Source: Escherichia phage BEU35
Strand: one strand, 5' to 3'
Length of the DNA: 44,569 nucleotides
Sequence record: OM632668.1
Positions 28,245-36,607 of this stretch are shown here, piece by piece. A model generated the notes under the pieces. That model had not been told where the DNA came from. It saw only the letters and a program-made list of their open reading frames with translations, and made no database searches. A program made the position numbers and the translations under genes. Each line of letters begins with the position of its first letter. Within the stretch, counting starts at the first letter, position 1.

Positions 28245-29482
28245 TCTAAATCCTCCTCTGTAACTTGATTCCACTCAGGACGTTTGTCATCCGCCGTTGC
28301 GACGCATGGCGCACCGGGCTTACGGGTAATGAAGTCTTTCAGTTCTTCTTCCGGTACAATTTTAACCGCTTCGGTCGGTGTCATAAGAACTACCTTTTGC
28401 AGCATAGTACCGTACTTCTCGAATACTGCATCGGTATCTTTCCACGCACGATTACCCGGGCGTCCTTCAACCAGTTTATACCCCGGCACTTTCTTACCGG
28501 AATGTAACGCAGCAGCCATAGCTTTCTCAACCTTGTCGATGTGCTGGCGCAACAACGGCAACTTCTCATACTCAGCTACGAGTTGCTCTGGCGTAAGCTC
28601 AAGTGCAAAGTCGTCCTCCAGTTCTTCCGCCAGCCCCGCGTTAACGGTTTTTGTACGCGCTGCGCATTGTTCAGAGAACCGACACCACTGACAACCATCT
28701 ACCGACGGCTTGAAGTCCGACGCTTTCAGGTTCTTTTTACCCCGGAAATAGGCATCAAGAGCCAACAGCGCCCGTTTCTGTGCAAACTTAGCGAACAGTT
28801 CCAGACCTTCAACCGAGATGTCCCACTCCGATGCACCGCCAGCGTACGGCTGGAAGATGACCAGTCGAACGGTTGTTATGCTATAACGTCTCTTGAGTCG
28901 GCGATAAACGCCGAGAGCATAAAGCATAAGCTGCTTGTTTTCTTTCGCTTCGACACGATGCCGCCCGGTTTTCAGGTCGCAGATGATAAGCATGTGTTCG
29001 TCGGTGTTAGCCAGTTCCTGTATGGCAACAAGGTCAGCAGTTCCGAACGTCTCAACGCCTTCATACCCCGGATGCAATACCTCAGTAAGATTAACACGCA
29101 TTTCCAGCTTGGCGTAAGTCGCTATATCGATAATCGCCTTGCAGTAGTCGGTGTACTTGCGCACCTGCTCAATCATGTCCGCCGTAATCAGTACCGCGCC
29201 TTTCATCGGGCTGATTAGTGCCTTAATCTGGCCTTTGCCTTCATCCAGCACGTAAGCACCGACTTCACGCTCTAACGGCAGCGCAGTTCCGCGAATATAA
29301 GCGTTGAGATGGACCTCAGCTATGGTGTGCATTGCCGTGCCTAATACAGCGGCTTTACCTGACGTGTTAGGGATATCTTTTTCACAGGCCAGTGATGCCG
29401 CGCAACTTAGCCACTTTTTAGCCCCTGACGGCGACAGTAAGGCATGTACATCGTTATTGCCGCCGCGTTCTTTAAGAATCAT
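28241..29482 (-). CDS. PD-(D/E)xK exonuclease, Cas4/DUF2800-like, with C-terminal Cys cluster
   Basis: RecB-nuclease-like core with CQWCRFSEQC; ends in TEEDLE. Confidence 0.65.
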   Translation of the reverse strand: MILKERGGNNDVHALLSPSGAKKWLSCAASLACEKDIPNTSGKAAVLGTAMHTIAEVHLNAYIRGTALPLEREVGAYVLDEGKGQIKALISPMKGAVLITADMIEQVRKYTDYCKAIIDIATYAKLEMRVNLTEVLHPGYEGVETFGTADLVAIQELANTDEHMLIICDLKTGRHRVEAKENKQLMLYALGVYRRLKRRYSITTVRLVIFQPYAGGASEWDISVEGLELFAKFAQKRALLALDAYFRGKKNLKASDFKPSVDGCQWCRFSEQCAARTKTVNAGLAEELEDDFALELTPEQLVAEYEKLPLLRQHIDKVEKAMAAALHSGKKVPGYKLVEGRPGNRAWKDTDAVFEKYGTMLQKVVLMTPTEAVKIVPEEELKDFITRKPGAPCVATADDKRPEWNQVTEEDLE

Positions 29483-29841
29483 CGTAAACTCTCCAAATAC
29501 AAGTTTAATGCCTGTAACTGTTCTTCTGTAGGAATGAAAGAATCATCGCGATGTAAGTCGCTTAACTGTTGCAACATTCCTGCGAACTGACGTCTTGCGT
29601 CAACAGCGTCCATGTGATGCTTTTCACTTTTATATATTAATGTTTTCGGGTAATCCTCAAGCCTGCCAGACGATTTATTCACGCGGAGCGCACGAGCTTC
29701 ATGCACAATGTGAATGTACTTTTTGCCGTTTTGTAACACAGTAGCTACGCCGCTGCTCTTTCTGCGGTCGCCGACTGTGTAAACCTTGTCGCCACTACGC
29801 AGATTAAGCCACCATTTATCGGTCATACCCTGTTCTCCCAC
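29479..29841 (-). CDS. hypothetical protein
   Basis: Operon context. Confidence 0.4.
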   Translation of the reverse strand: MGEQGMTDKWWLNLRSGDKVYTVGDRRKSSGVATVLQNGKKYIHIVHEARALRVNKSSGRLEDYPKTLIYKSEKHHMDAVDARRQFAGMLQQLSDLHRDDSFIPTEEQLQALNLYLESLR

Positions 29842-30095
29842 TGGTCAATTAAATGTCGTGTCTGGTGCTGGCAGTGCATGGCCCAGCTATACATCGACTC
29901 GAAGACATAAAAGTCAGGCTTGGCAAAAGTCGTGCGCTTAATCTGCGACACGTGACGGCCTATATCTTTGGGCCTGGGTACTTTGCCTAAGTACGCCATC
30001 TCTTCCATCTGGTGCGCACCGGAAGGAGCGCGCAATAGCCATAGAGCCTCCGTGTTATCCCGTCGGTCAATACCTCGGTAGAGTTGGTAAATCAT
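29823..30095 (-). CDS. hypothetical protein
   Basis: Operon context. Confidence 0.35.
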   Translation of the reverse strand: MIYQLYRGIDRRDNTEALWLLRAPSGAHQMEEMAYLGKVPRPKDIGRHVSQIKRTTFAKPDFYVFESMYSWAMHCQHQTRHLIDQWENRV

Positions 30096-30137
30096 ATTAC
30101 GACCCTCTGTTAAAGCGGCCAGAAGGCCGCGGGATAG

Positions 30138-30641
30138 TTATTCTTCTTCGAAATACTTGTTCTTAATCGCCGTCAGGCGTTTCAGGTATTCAGCCAGGTC
30201 TTCGTCTTTAATCGCGGCAATCTTCATTTTCTTACCGGTGAACTCCTCCAGCAGTTCATCGGAATCGTCGCACGCAGCATCGCTAGGACCTTCGTTAATT
30301 GCATCGTCGATAGCCTGAATCTGGTCACGAAGAGACTGGTAATCGACCTCTTCTTTCTCTTCTTCTGGTTCTGGAGTCGGCTCCTCTACTTTAGCTTTAC
30401 GCGGCTTGCGTTTCGGCTTCTCTTCTTCTTCTGCTGGTTTAGCGTCAACGATGTCTTCACCTTCAACAGGGATTTCTTTTGTTGCTTCTTTTTCGCACTC
30501 AGCTACCGCTTCTTTGGTATACACTACCGTCTCTACTTCTAACGGCGCTGCAACTTGTGCTGACTGTTTCGCACTGTTCGCAGCAATCAGTTCATGTGCA
30601 ACTACGAAACGTTCCAGTAATTTTAAGAATTGTTCTAACAT
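30138..30641 (-). CDS. highly acidic hypothetical protein
   Basis: E/D-rich with internal KPKRKPRKAK; second gene of leftward early operon. Confidence 0.5.
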   Translation of the reverse strand: MLEQFLKLLERFVVAHELIAANSAKQSAQVAAPLEVETVVYTKEAVAECEKEATKEIPVEGEDIVDAKPAEEEEKPKRKPRKAKVEEPTPEPEEEKEEVDYQSLRDQIQAIDDAINEGPSDAACDDSDELLEEFTGKKMKIAAIKDEDLAEYLKRLTAIKNKYFEEE

Positions 30642-30663
30642 TTGTTTCTCCTGTTTATTTAGG

Positions 30664-30891
30664 TTACTCGCCGTCGCCTTCTGTAAGGCTATCGTCTATT
30701 AATTCAAATTTACCGTTTGAGTGTTGGATAGCTTCTTGCCCGCAATGGTCGCAAACCACCAGTTTATCGAATCCGTCAAACTCGTCCCCGACTACGCAAG
30801 AAAGTACAAATTTATGTTTTGTACATACTTCTTGATGTTCACCGAAAATTACCCGGAAACATTTAGTTATAGCTCCAGTGATTATGTTCAT
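30664..30891 (-). CDS. small Cys/His-rich protein, paralog A
   Basis: Near-identical core to ORF 35878..36090 (QEVCT-HKFVLSCVVGDEFDGFDKL-VCDHCGQEAIQHSNGKFELI). Confidence 0.55.
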   Translation of the reverse strand: MNIITGAITKCFRVIFGEHQEVCTKHKFVLSCVVGDEFDGFDKLVVCDHCGQEAIQHSNGKFELIDDSLTEGDGE

Positions 30892-30919
30892 ATCTTCACC
30901 TCTCGTTTGGTATGGGCTA

Positions 30920-30949
30920 ACTATAATAGCGAACTATTCATGATGTCAA
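30920..30949 (-). promoter_or_regulatory. sigma70-like promoter (TTGACA-N18-TATAGT) for leftward early operon
   Basis: Read on minus strand: ttgaca tcatgaatagttcgctat tatagt. Confidence 0.5.
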
Positions 30950-31013
30950 TGGGCTTTTCTAAAATAATTAATATGGTACTATTCACACATCAACTGACTA
31001 AGGAGTAATTGAC

Positions 31014-31229
31014 ATGCAACCATCCGAACTAGGCATCCGTGTAGAGCAACGCCGTAAAGAACTCGGCATCTCCCAGCGCCGTCTGGCGGTCCTGACCGGC
31101 GTTTCCCAGGGCGCAATTAACCAGCTGGCTCTCGGTGTAACTCAGGACGTCCGCCCGGCAACGTTGTTTAAACTGGCGGAAGTGCTGGAAGTAGACGCTA
31201 AGTGGCTGGCGTTCGGTGAAGGGGCTTGA
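31014..31229 (+). CDS. XRE-family helix-turn-helix transcriptional regulator (Cro/CI-like)
   Basis: ISQRRLAVLTGVSQGAINQL HTH signature. Confidence 0.65.
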   Translation: MQPSELGIRVEQRRKELGISQRRLAVLTGVSQGAINQLALGVTQDVRPATLFKLAEVLEVDAKWLAFGEGA

Positions 31230-31247
31230 CGCCCCTTTCTTTTTATT
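31219..31247 (+). terminator. intrinsic terminator overlapping the regulator stop codon
   Basis: GGGGC-ttgac-GCCCC followed by TTTCTTTTTA. Confidence 0.55.
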
Positions 31248-31440
31248 GCACCTTTATCGGGTATCTTTTGCGAAACTTACCTAACCCGCAGTACACGCTG
31301 TAAGCCTCTGTGTAACTGAACACAACATGATACCCGCGCCCATAAGGAACTACGTTAAGAACTTCTACTACTTCGCCTCTGTGGTTGGTGTATTTATTAC
31401 CTTTCAGTTCGTCGCTTACTTCTTTAAATTTACCGCTCAT
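31243..31440 (-). CDS. small hypothetical protein
   Basis: GGAGGA RBS; ATGA overlap with primase stop. Confidence 0.4.
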   Translation of the reverse strand: MSGKFKEVSDELKGNKYTNHRGEVVEVLNVVPYGRGYHVVFSYTEAYSVYCGLGKFRKRYPIKVQ

Positions 31441-33704
31441 TCCAAATCCTCCTCTGTCACTGTCAACATTTCATTCGGTTCGTATATTGTCTTTGGAATC
31501 TTGTTATCAGTTATTCTGGTGTTCAGCCTGTAACGACCTGGGATTATCTGATTGTTTTCGTCAGTACCCGGAACAAGATACCCGGCCTCAACCATTTTCT
31601 TAATCTTCCCGCGTTCTATGGCTTCTTTGGAGTTAAACGCCTTTGCGTTGGGGTCTGACTGTGCGAGCTTATTCGCCGCGGCGACTGTGATGCCTTCGTT
31701 GCCGTTGTAGGTTCCTTCCGCCAGTTCAAACGCCGCGAGTATCGTGGCCTCCGAACTGTTGACGGCGTTCTCTACGGTTTTACGTACATTTTCTTTACCT
31801 TCTTTCGTCAACCCTTCTTCCCGCTCTTTCTCCTCGTCAGTTTTGAACGGCTCGAAACCCCACGGCATCAACACAAGCGCCTTGTGTGGTTCAGGCAGGT
31901 CCAGGTTTACGATTGTGCCGTATTCCTCTGTGCTACCCAGGAACTCAACCGCTCGGTATTCTTTAGGTGGCGGCGCTTCACGGAACTGTACCGACTCCAG
32001 CACCATGCCAACCGTCTTCTGCTGAGGCCCGTGCTTGAATTTCGAGTGATATACGTTTATCTGACGGTCGGTTGCACGTTCGATTGTCAGTTCCACATCA
32101 ACACCCGCATACAGCGCCCCACTGCCGCGTGCTTTCTTTCCACCCTTCGGCGTATGGTGGACAACGCCTACTGCGGCTTTAGTTGCATCGCGTACTTCTT
32201 TCAGAATGGCGATAACTTTACCCATGCCGATTGCTGTTGATGAACTGTTCTCGTCGAACTTATCAATCGTCAGTGCCAGGGTCTGGTTAAGGGTGTCGAA
32301 CGCAACCATGCCAATTGGCTCGTCGCCAGCAGTTTCGCGCATTAACTTAATCAGGCTTTTAAGTTTGCCGACTTCGCCCATATCGATGACATGTACATAA
32401 TCTTTACCTTCCTCGCCGTATTTAGCCGCGAGCGCATCAATACGTGTACGTGTGGCTGCCCCACCCTCGCCGTCGATATAGAAATGGTGACAACGCTGGG
32501 TGTCAGCCCCTGCAAACCGGTATCCGGCGGCGCTCAGGTACATCATCCCCAGCGTATAGAATGATTTGTACGTGCCCGATTCTCCGACGATACCCCAGAT
32601 ACAATCCGACGGCATGTACCCCTCAACGACGAAATCAGCCTTTACCGGCTCCGGTAACTCGTCCTCCTCTGAGTCCTCGTCGTCTTCCAGGTCGTCGAGG
32701 CTGCATGAGACAGATTCACGCGCCCCCCAACCGATGGCCTCTGCGACTTCACTGAACGGCAGCCCGGTCGCATCGCACGCGTACTTCCACACCTCTTTCG
32801 GTGACAGGCCTTCTGTCGCCGTAATGTCTGTGTCGTGAATCATGGTTACGTTTGGCGCTTCATACCCCTCGCGCGGGAAGCACAGCAGGAAGTCGTCCGG
32901 GCGCGGTGTCGGGTCGCTGTAGTTTTCAGCATGTTCCGGTGTGGCTGGCATCTTAAGGCCGCGCGGCGTCATGACGCCGCCGTACTCAAACGCCAGTGCT
33001 TCAAACGCGTCTGTAAACGCGGTGCGCAGTTCTTCCGGTATCTGGTAATCCGATGCGCTGCTAACGTCAACGGCTGGGATGCCTTCCAGTAACTCGTTCG
33101 GGTCGATCAGGTCGTTGCGGCGCGACCAGATAACGGTAGCGCCGACCGGCGGCAGGTACATCGGCTGCGACAGAGTGAACCCGCTGCGGTCCGCACCCAT
33201 GCCTTTGAAGAAGTGCTCCAGCAACCCATGACGAACACGGATGATATCACCACCCTCAACTGGGCGGGCCAGCGGCATGACGACGCGAAAGCGAGGCGAC
33301 TCATCGGTATGTGATGCCGTGGTGTAGAGACACATCGCCCGGCGGCTGCGATTAACCAGGCGCACCGCTTCCTGGTACTCTTCCGGTGTTGCACTGTCGA
33401 AGTCCAGATACGCCAGCGACGATTTGCTCACAGACGCGTCACAGCGATAGAAGAAGCCTTTACGCGCTTGTTTAAAGCCACCGGTTTCCGGGTCTTTTAC
33501 GGTGCTGTGTGTAGAATCGCACGCGGCCGTGATATAACCGGGCGCAGTCTTGGGGTTAATCCCGTCACGAACGGCATCGAGCGGCTGGATTAACTCTTTC
33601 AGGTCGTCCAGTGTTGCCGTGTGTGCGGTTCTGACATTTATATCCTTTTTCCCCGCCCGCGCGTTGCGGCGTGACCACGAGTAGGATAAAATTACATCGG
33701 ACAT
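31437..33704 (-). CDS. DNA primase/helicase-like replication protein (central P-loop ATPase)
   Basis: Walker A GESGTYKS, acidic linker DDLEDDEDSEEDE, 755 aa, ends in TEEDLE. Confidence 0.65.
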   Translation of the reverse strand: MSDVILSYSWSRRNARAGKKDINVRTAHTATLDDLKELIQPLDAVRDGINPKTAPGYITAACDSTHSTVKDPETGGFKQARKGFFYRCDASVSKSSLAYLDFDSATPEEYQEAVRLVNRSRRAMCLYTTASHTDESPRFRVVMPLARPVEGGDIIRVRHGLLEHFFKGMGADRSGFTLSQPMYLPPVGATVIWSRRNDLIDPNELLEGIPAVDVSSASDYQIPEELRTAFTDAFEALAFEYGGVMTPRGLKMPATPEHAENYSDPTPRPDDFLLCFPREGYEAPNVTMIHDTDITATEGLSPKEVWKYACDATGLPFSEVAEAIGWGARESVSCSLDDLEDDEDSEEDELPEPVKADFVVEGYMPSDCIWGIVGESGTYKSFYTLGMMYLSAAGYRFAGADTQRCHHFYIDGEGGAATRTRIDALAAKYGEEGKDYVHVIDMGEVGKLKSLIKLMRETAGDEPIGMVAFDTLNQTLALTIDKFDENSSSTAIGMGKVIAILKEVRDATKAAVGVVHHTPKGGKKARGSGALYAGVDVELTIERATDRQINVYHSKFKHGPQQKTVGMVLESVQFREAPPPKEYRAVEFLGSTEEYGTIVNLDLPEPHKALVLMPWGFEPFKTDEEKEREEGLTKEGKENVRKTVENAVNSSEATILAAFELAEGTYNGNEGITVAAANKLAQSDPNAKAFNSKEAIERGKIKKMVEAGYLVPGTDENNQIIPGRYRLNTRITDNKIPKTIYEPNEMLTVTEEDLE

Positions 33705-33762
33705 GTTGTATTTCCTTCAGCAAGTAATTTGGCCTCGGCGTTCACCGCGTCGGGGCTTTCTT

Positions 33763-33996
33763 TTATTCCAGGTCTTCTAAAGTAGCGGTCATTCCGCGAA
33801 CTTCAGCAAAGGCACTATATTTCCCGCCAACATTTTTCACGACGCCAGATTTAACCAGCACTTTTAACGACCCTTCAATAATGACGGAACTATAGTACTT
33901 AAAATAACTGCGGCGCAAGTCGATAACGCTGCACGACCCTTTTTTACGTGTCAACGAAACGACCGCCGTAAATACGCGTGACTGAAACTCGGTCAT
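33763..33996 (-). CDS. small hypothetical protein ending in TLEDLE
   Basis: Operon context; C-terminal motif shared with exonuclease and primase. Confidence 0.4.
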   Translation of the reverse strand: MTEFQSRVFTAVVSLTRKKGSCSVIDLRRSYFKYYSSVIIEGSLKVLVKSGVVKNVGGKYSAFAEVRGMTATLEDLE

Positions 33997-34196
33997 TTCA
34001 CGTTCTCCTTAATCCACGCTTCCACTTTCTCCGGGTCGAACGTACCGGGCTGCCGGCGACCCATAATGCGGATACAACAATCAGGGAACCTCCCACTCTT
34101 TAACCAGTTATTAAGCGTGCGGCGAGTAACCCCGATACGCTCAGCTACTTCATTCTGTGTCATTCTCAAACCCTCATTATCAGTTAACGAAACCAA
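33993..34196 (-). CDS. AlpA/MerR-like helix-turn-helix DNA-binding protein
   Basis: MTQNEVAERIGVTRRTLNNW HTH signature. Confidence 0.55.
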   Translation of the reverse strand: MVSLTDNEGLRMTQNEVAERIGVTRRTLNNWLKSGRFPDCCIRIMGRRQPGTFDPEKVEAWIKENVK

Positions 34197-34599
34197 GTAT
34201 ACATTGCGAATAATGGGAAATCAAACATAATCGCACCTATTGACATTATGAAAATCTTCGTTTAAGGTGCTTCTATATCTTAGTTACTTTGATTCCTGTT
34301 CACCTTGTAATACCTGCTTGAAACGCAGCGGCGCCAAAGCGCCAGCGAAGTGTTAAGCAGCAGATTACTGAACATAAGAATTACCGTAACTTTCCTTCCG
34401 TAGTATCTCTGGTTGCCCTGGGCAAGCTCTATTCTCATCGGCAGCATATCTCTTAAGTATCTGATAATTAAAAGTTTCTATAGTTGCCGTGAGCAAGGTA
34501 GAGAGTACTTCACTCCGCTGGGGTGGGCTAACGCCCACCCACTGCGTTGCGTACTCTTTTAAGAAACGAAAGAATCACAACGGCAACGTAACTATTCTC

Positions 34600-34628
34600 T
34601 TGCACACCCCAACATAATAGGATACTAT
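34600..34628 (+). promoter_or_regulatory. sigma70-like promoter (TTGCAC-N17-TACTAT)
   Basis: Hexamer spacing read from sequence; shares aataggNtactattca with promoters near 30977 and 35841. Confidence 0.4.
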
Positions 34629-34662
34629 TCACTTATCGAAACGAGACAGAGGAGTGAGGGTT

Positions 34663-34854
34663 ATGTTTAAGAAGGGTCAGTTGGTTAAAACTAAACGCGG
34701 AGGGCAATATGTATTAGTGTTGCAGGACGAGAGCGAGTATGACGAGGATAATCTGGTTGACGTATGGGGTCTGGTAAGAAAGAAAACTGGGTTCGCCTCA
34801 CGCGATAATTTAGAACTCATCGGCAACAATTTTAAATTCAAAGGGGTGAAGTGA
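34663..34854 (+). CDS. hypothetical protein
   Basis: GAGGAG RBS; first gene of rightward operon. Confidence 0.4.
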   Translation: MFKKGQLVKTKRGGQYVLVLQDESEYDEDNLVDVWGLVRKKTGFASRDNLELIGNNFKFKGVK

Positions 34855-35060
34855 TGGAAGAATTAATTTGTATTGAATCCCGCCAGGATTGGTTTGTGAA
34901 AGGTAACAAATATTCGTCAGGAGTATATTACGACGGCCGTCGATACGTTTTAGATGAAGACGGTGATGAATGGGATTTAGAGGACACTGTGGGCGAGACT
35001 TTAACCGTTAGTTTTCTTCAATGTTGTTTCCGCATCATTCACAACGGCATCGAATCATGA
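34851..35060 (+). CDS. hypothetical protein
   Basis: 4-nt overlap coupling. Confidence 0.4.
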   Translation: MMEELICIESRQDWFVKGNKYSSGVYYDGRRYVLDEDGDEWDLEDTVGETLTVSFLQCCFRIIHNGIES

Positions 35061-35142
35061 GGCTCGTGCCGACGACTCTGAGGGAGGTTGCCGTGGATAA
35101 TATTTTAATTGTCAGCGCTGTTTATGTGGGGTGGAGGTTGAT

Positions 35143-35337
35143 ATGAGTCCATATAATGAATTCCGCTTACGCCGTCTTGTTGGTGGGCTGCGCGCCGCCG
35201 AGTTTGGCGTTGAATGTTGGGAAAAGGCGAAGTACACCCCATGGAAGTCGTGGAATTTGGCCCACGCTAAGGCGGTAGCGCAGTACCGGGAGTACAAGTT
35301 AAATAGTTTCCTAAAGCACCACGGGGTAGAGCTATGA
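35143..35337 (+). CDS. hypothetical protein
   Basis: GGTGGAGG RBS upstream of ATG. Confidence 0.4.
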   Translation: MSPYNEFRLRRLVGGLRAAEFGVECWEKAKYTPWKSWNLAHAKAVAQYREYKLNSFLKHHGVEL

Positions 35338-35477
35338 GAGAAGCATTCGAACGGTGGGCCGTCGTCGAGGGTCTGCCGGTTAACAAGGGTTCAAAGAAAG
35401 AGTACCTGAACGTTAAGACGCGTCTTGCGTGGCGGGCGTGGAAAGCTGGTGTGCAGTATGTGATGAATACGAGGTGA
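35334..35477 (+). CDS. small hypothetical protein (47 aa, below ORF-track cutoff)
   Basis: ATGA overlap upstream, next gene 3 nt downstream. Confidence 0.35.
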   Translation: MREAFERWAVVEGLPVNKGSKKEYLNVKTRLAWRAWKAGVQYVMNTR

Positions 35478-35480
35478 TTT

Positions 35481-35669
35481 ATGGGTGAGTGGATTAAGTG
35501 TAGTGAGCGGATGCCGGAGCCTTATGAATACGTTCTTGTAACTGATTGTTTTGTTGGCTGTGAGGTTATGCGTGTTAATTCGGATGGCTACTGGGGACCA
35601 GCGAAGAGTTTATACCACGGCGATATCTCCCACTGGATGCCCTTACCTGAGCCACCGGCGCCGGTGTAA
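35481..35669 (+). CDS. DUF551-like small protein
   Basis: C-terminal WMPLPEPP pattern. Confidence 0.45.
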   Translation: MGEWIKCSERMPEPYEYVLVTDCFVGCEVMRVNSDGYWGPAKSLYHGDISHWMPLPEPPAPV

Positions 35670-35703
35670 CAGGTCAATAGTTTACTATTTGGCTTTGTGA
35701 CTT

Positions 35704-35740
35704 ACGCTGCTACACAGCAGCGTATCATTTTTCTCATTTT
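35704..35740 (+). terminator. intrinsic terminator
   Basis: ACGCTGCT-acac-AGCAGCGT followed by T-rich run. Confidence 0.55.
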
Positions 35741-35817
35741 TGTTCTATTTCACCAAACGCAACAATCGAAGCGACTATTGCGGGAGATGCAACAATACAA
35801 ACACCAATAAAATTTAC

Positions 35818-35846
35818 TTGCACGCTAAGATAGAATAGGCTACTAT
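35818..35846 (+). promoter_or_regulatory. sigma70-like promoter (TTGCAC-N17-TACTAT) for rightward early operon
   Basis: Hexamer spacing read from sequence; GAGAGGAG RBS precedes first gene. Confidence 0.45.
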
Positions 35847-35877
35847 TCATTTACACAAACGAGAGGAGAGACAGAAG

Positions 35878-36090
35878 ATGAATGTAGTGGCGAGATGTTT
35901 TCACGCAATTTTCGGCGCACCGCAAGAAGTATGCACTAACCATAAATTTGTACTTTCTTGCGTGGTGGGGGATGAGTTTGATGGGTTCGATAAACTTATT
36001 GTCTGTGACCATTGCGGGCAAGAAGCTATACAACACTCAAACGGTAAATTCGAACTAATTAACGAGGAAGGGGATGGGGATGGTGAGTAG
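35878..36090 (+). CDS. small Cys/His-rich protein, paralog B
   Basis: Paralog of 30664..30891 in inverted orientation. Confidence 0.55.
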   Translation: MNVVARCFHAIFGAPQEVCTNHKFVLSCVVGDEFDGFDKLIVCDHCGQEAIQHSNGKFELINEEGDGDGE

Positions 36091-36562
36091 CAAAAACGAA
36101 GTATTCGAGTACCTGATTGACCAGTTACGGCAGCACGTAAATAGCCACCCGCACAAGCAGCAGTGCGAAGACCTGGCGCATGAGGTGCAGTCACTCAAGA
36201 ATCAGTTACGTGATGCGTCAGCACTGGTGGCGGAGTTACATGAAACAATAAAACTAATGAACGAGGACTTTAACCGTGCAACCGGGCGAGGTGGCTCACT
36301 GCCGAAAGGGGAGAGCTACGTAGTAGGTGAACATGGGCCCGAGCAACCCGGTTGCCGTAAGGAAGATACTCAGGAATGCGAGCACTCTTGGATTATTATG
36401 CTTGGGTTGTTTCTCAGCGAAGGCAATACGAACAACGTTCCTGGTAGTGAGCTTTGCTCTAAATGTGGTAAACGTGAGTGGGACGACAAGGTATATAAAC
36501 CGAAAAACGATACTCAGGAATGTGAGCATGAGTGGAGATGTAAGACGGTTTTTTGGCAATAG
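36074..36562 (+). CDS. hypothetical protein with internal DTQECEH(S/E)W repeat
   Basis: Two copies of a ~20-nt direct repeat giving KEDTQECEHSW and NDTQECEHEW. Confidence 0.45.
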   Translation: MGMVSSKNEVFEYLIDQLRQHVNSHPHKQQCEDLAHEVQSLKNQLRDASALVAELHETIKLMNEDFNRATGRGGSLPKGESYVVGEHGPEQPGCRKEDTQECEHSWIIMLGLFLSEGNTNNVPGSELCSKCGKREWDDKVYKPKNDTQECEHEWRCKTVFWQ

Positions 36563-36607
36563 ACCTGGTGTTCCGTATTGCCGTAAATGTGGTGTGGAGG
36601 CGAAGCA

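Noticed and set aside
28541-29218. 225-codon plus-strand ORF antisense to the Cas4-like exonuclease gene
   Set aside because: Translation has no recognisable domain and no RBS; the exonuclease frame carries clear motifs. Unlike the intein case, nothing supports dual coding.
34300-34560. Possible tRNA in the long non-coding region
   Set aside because: No cloverleaf-compatible arrangement and no T-loop GGTTCGA-type element; hairpins present look like regulatory or origin structures instead.
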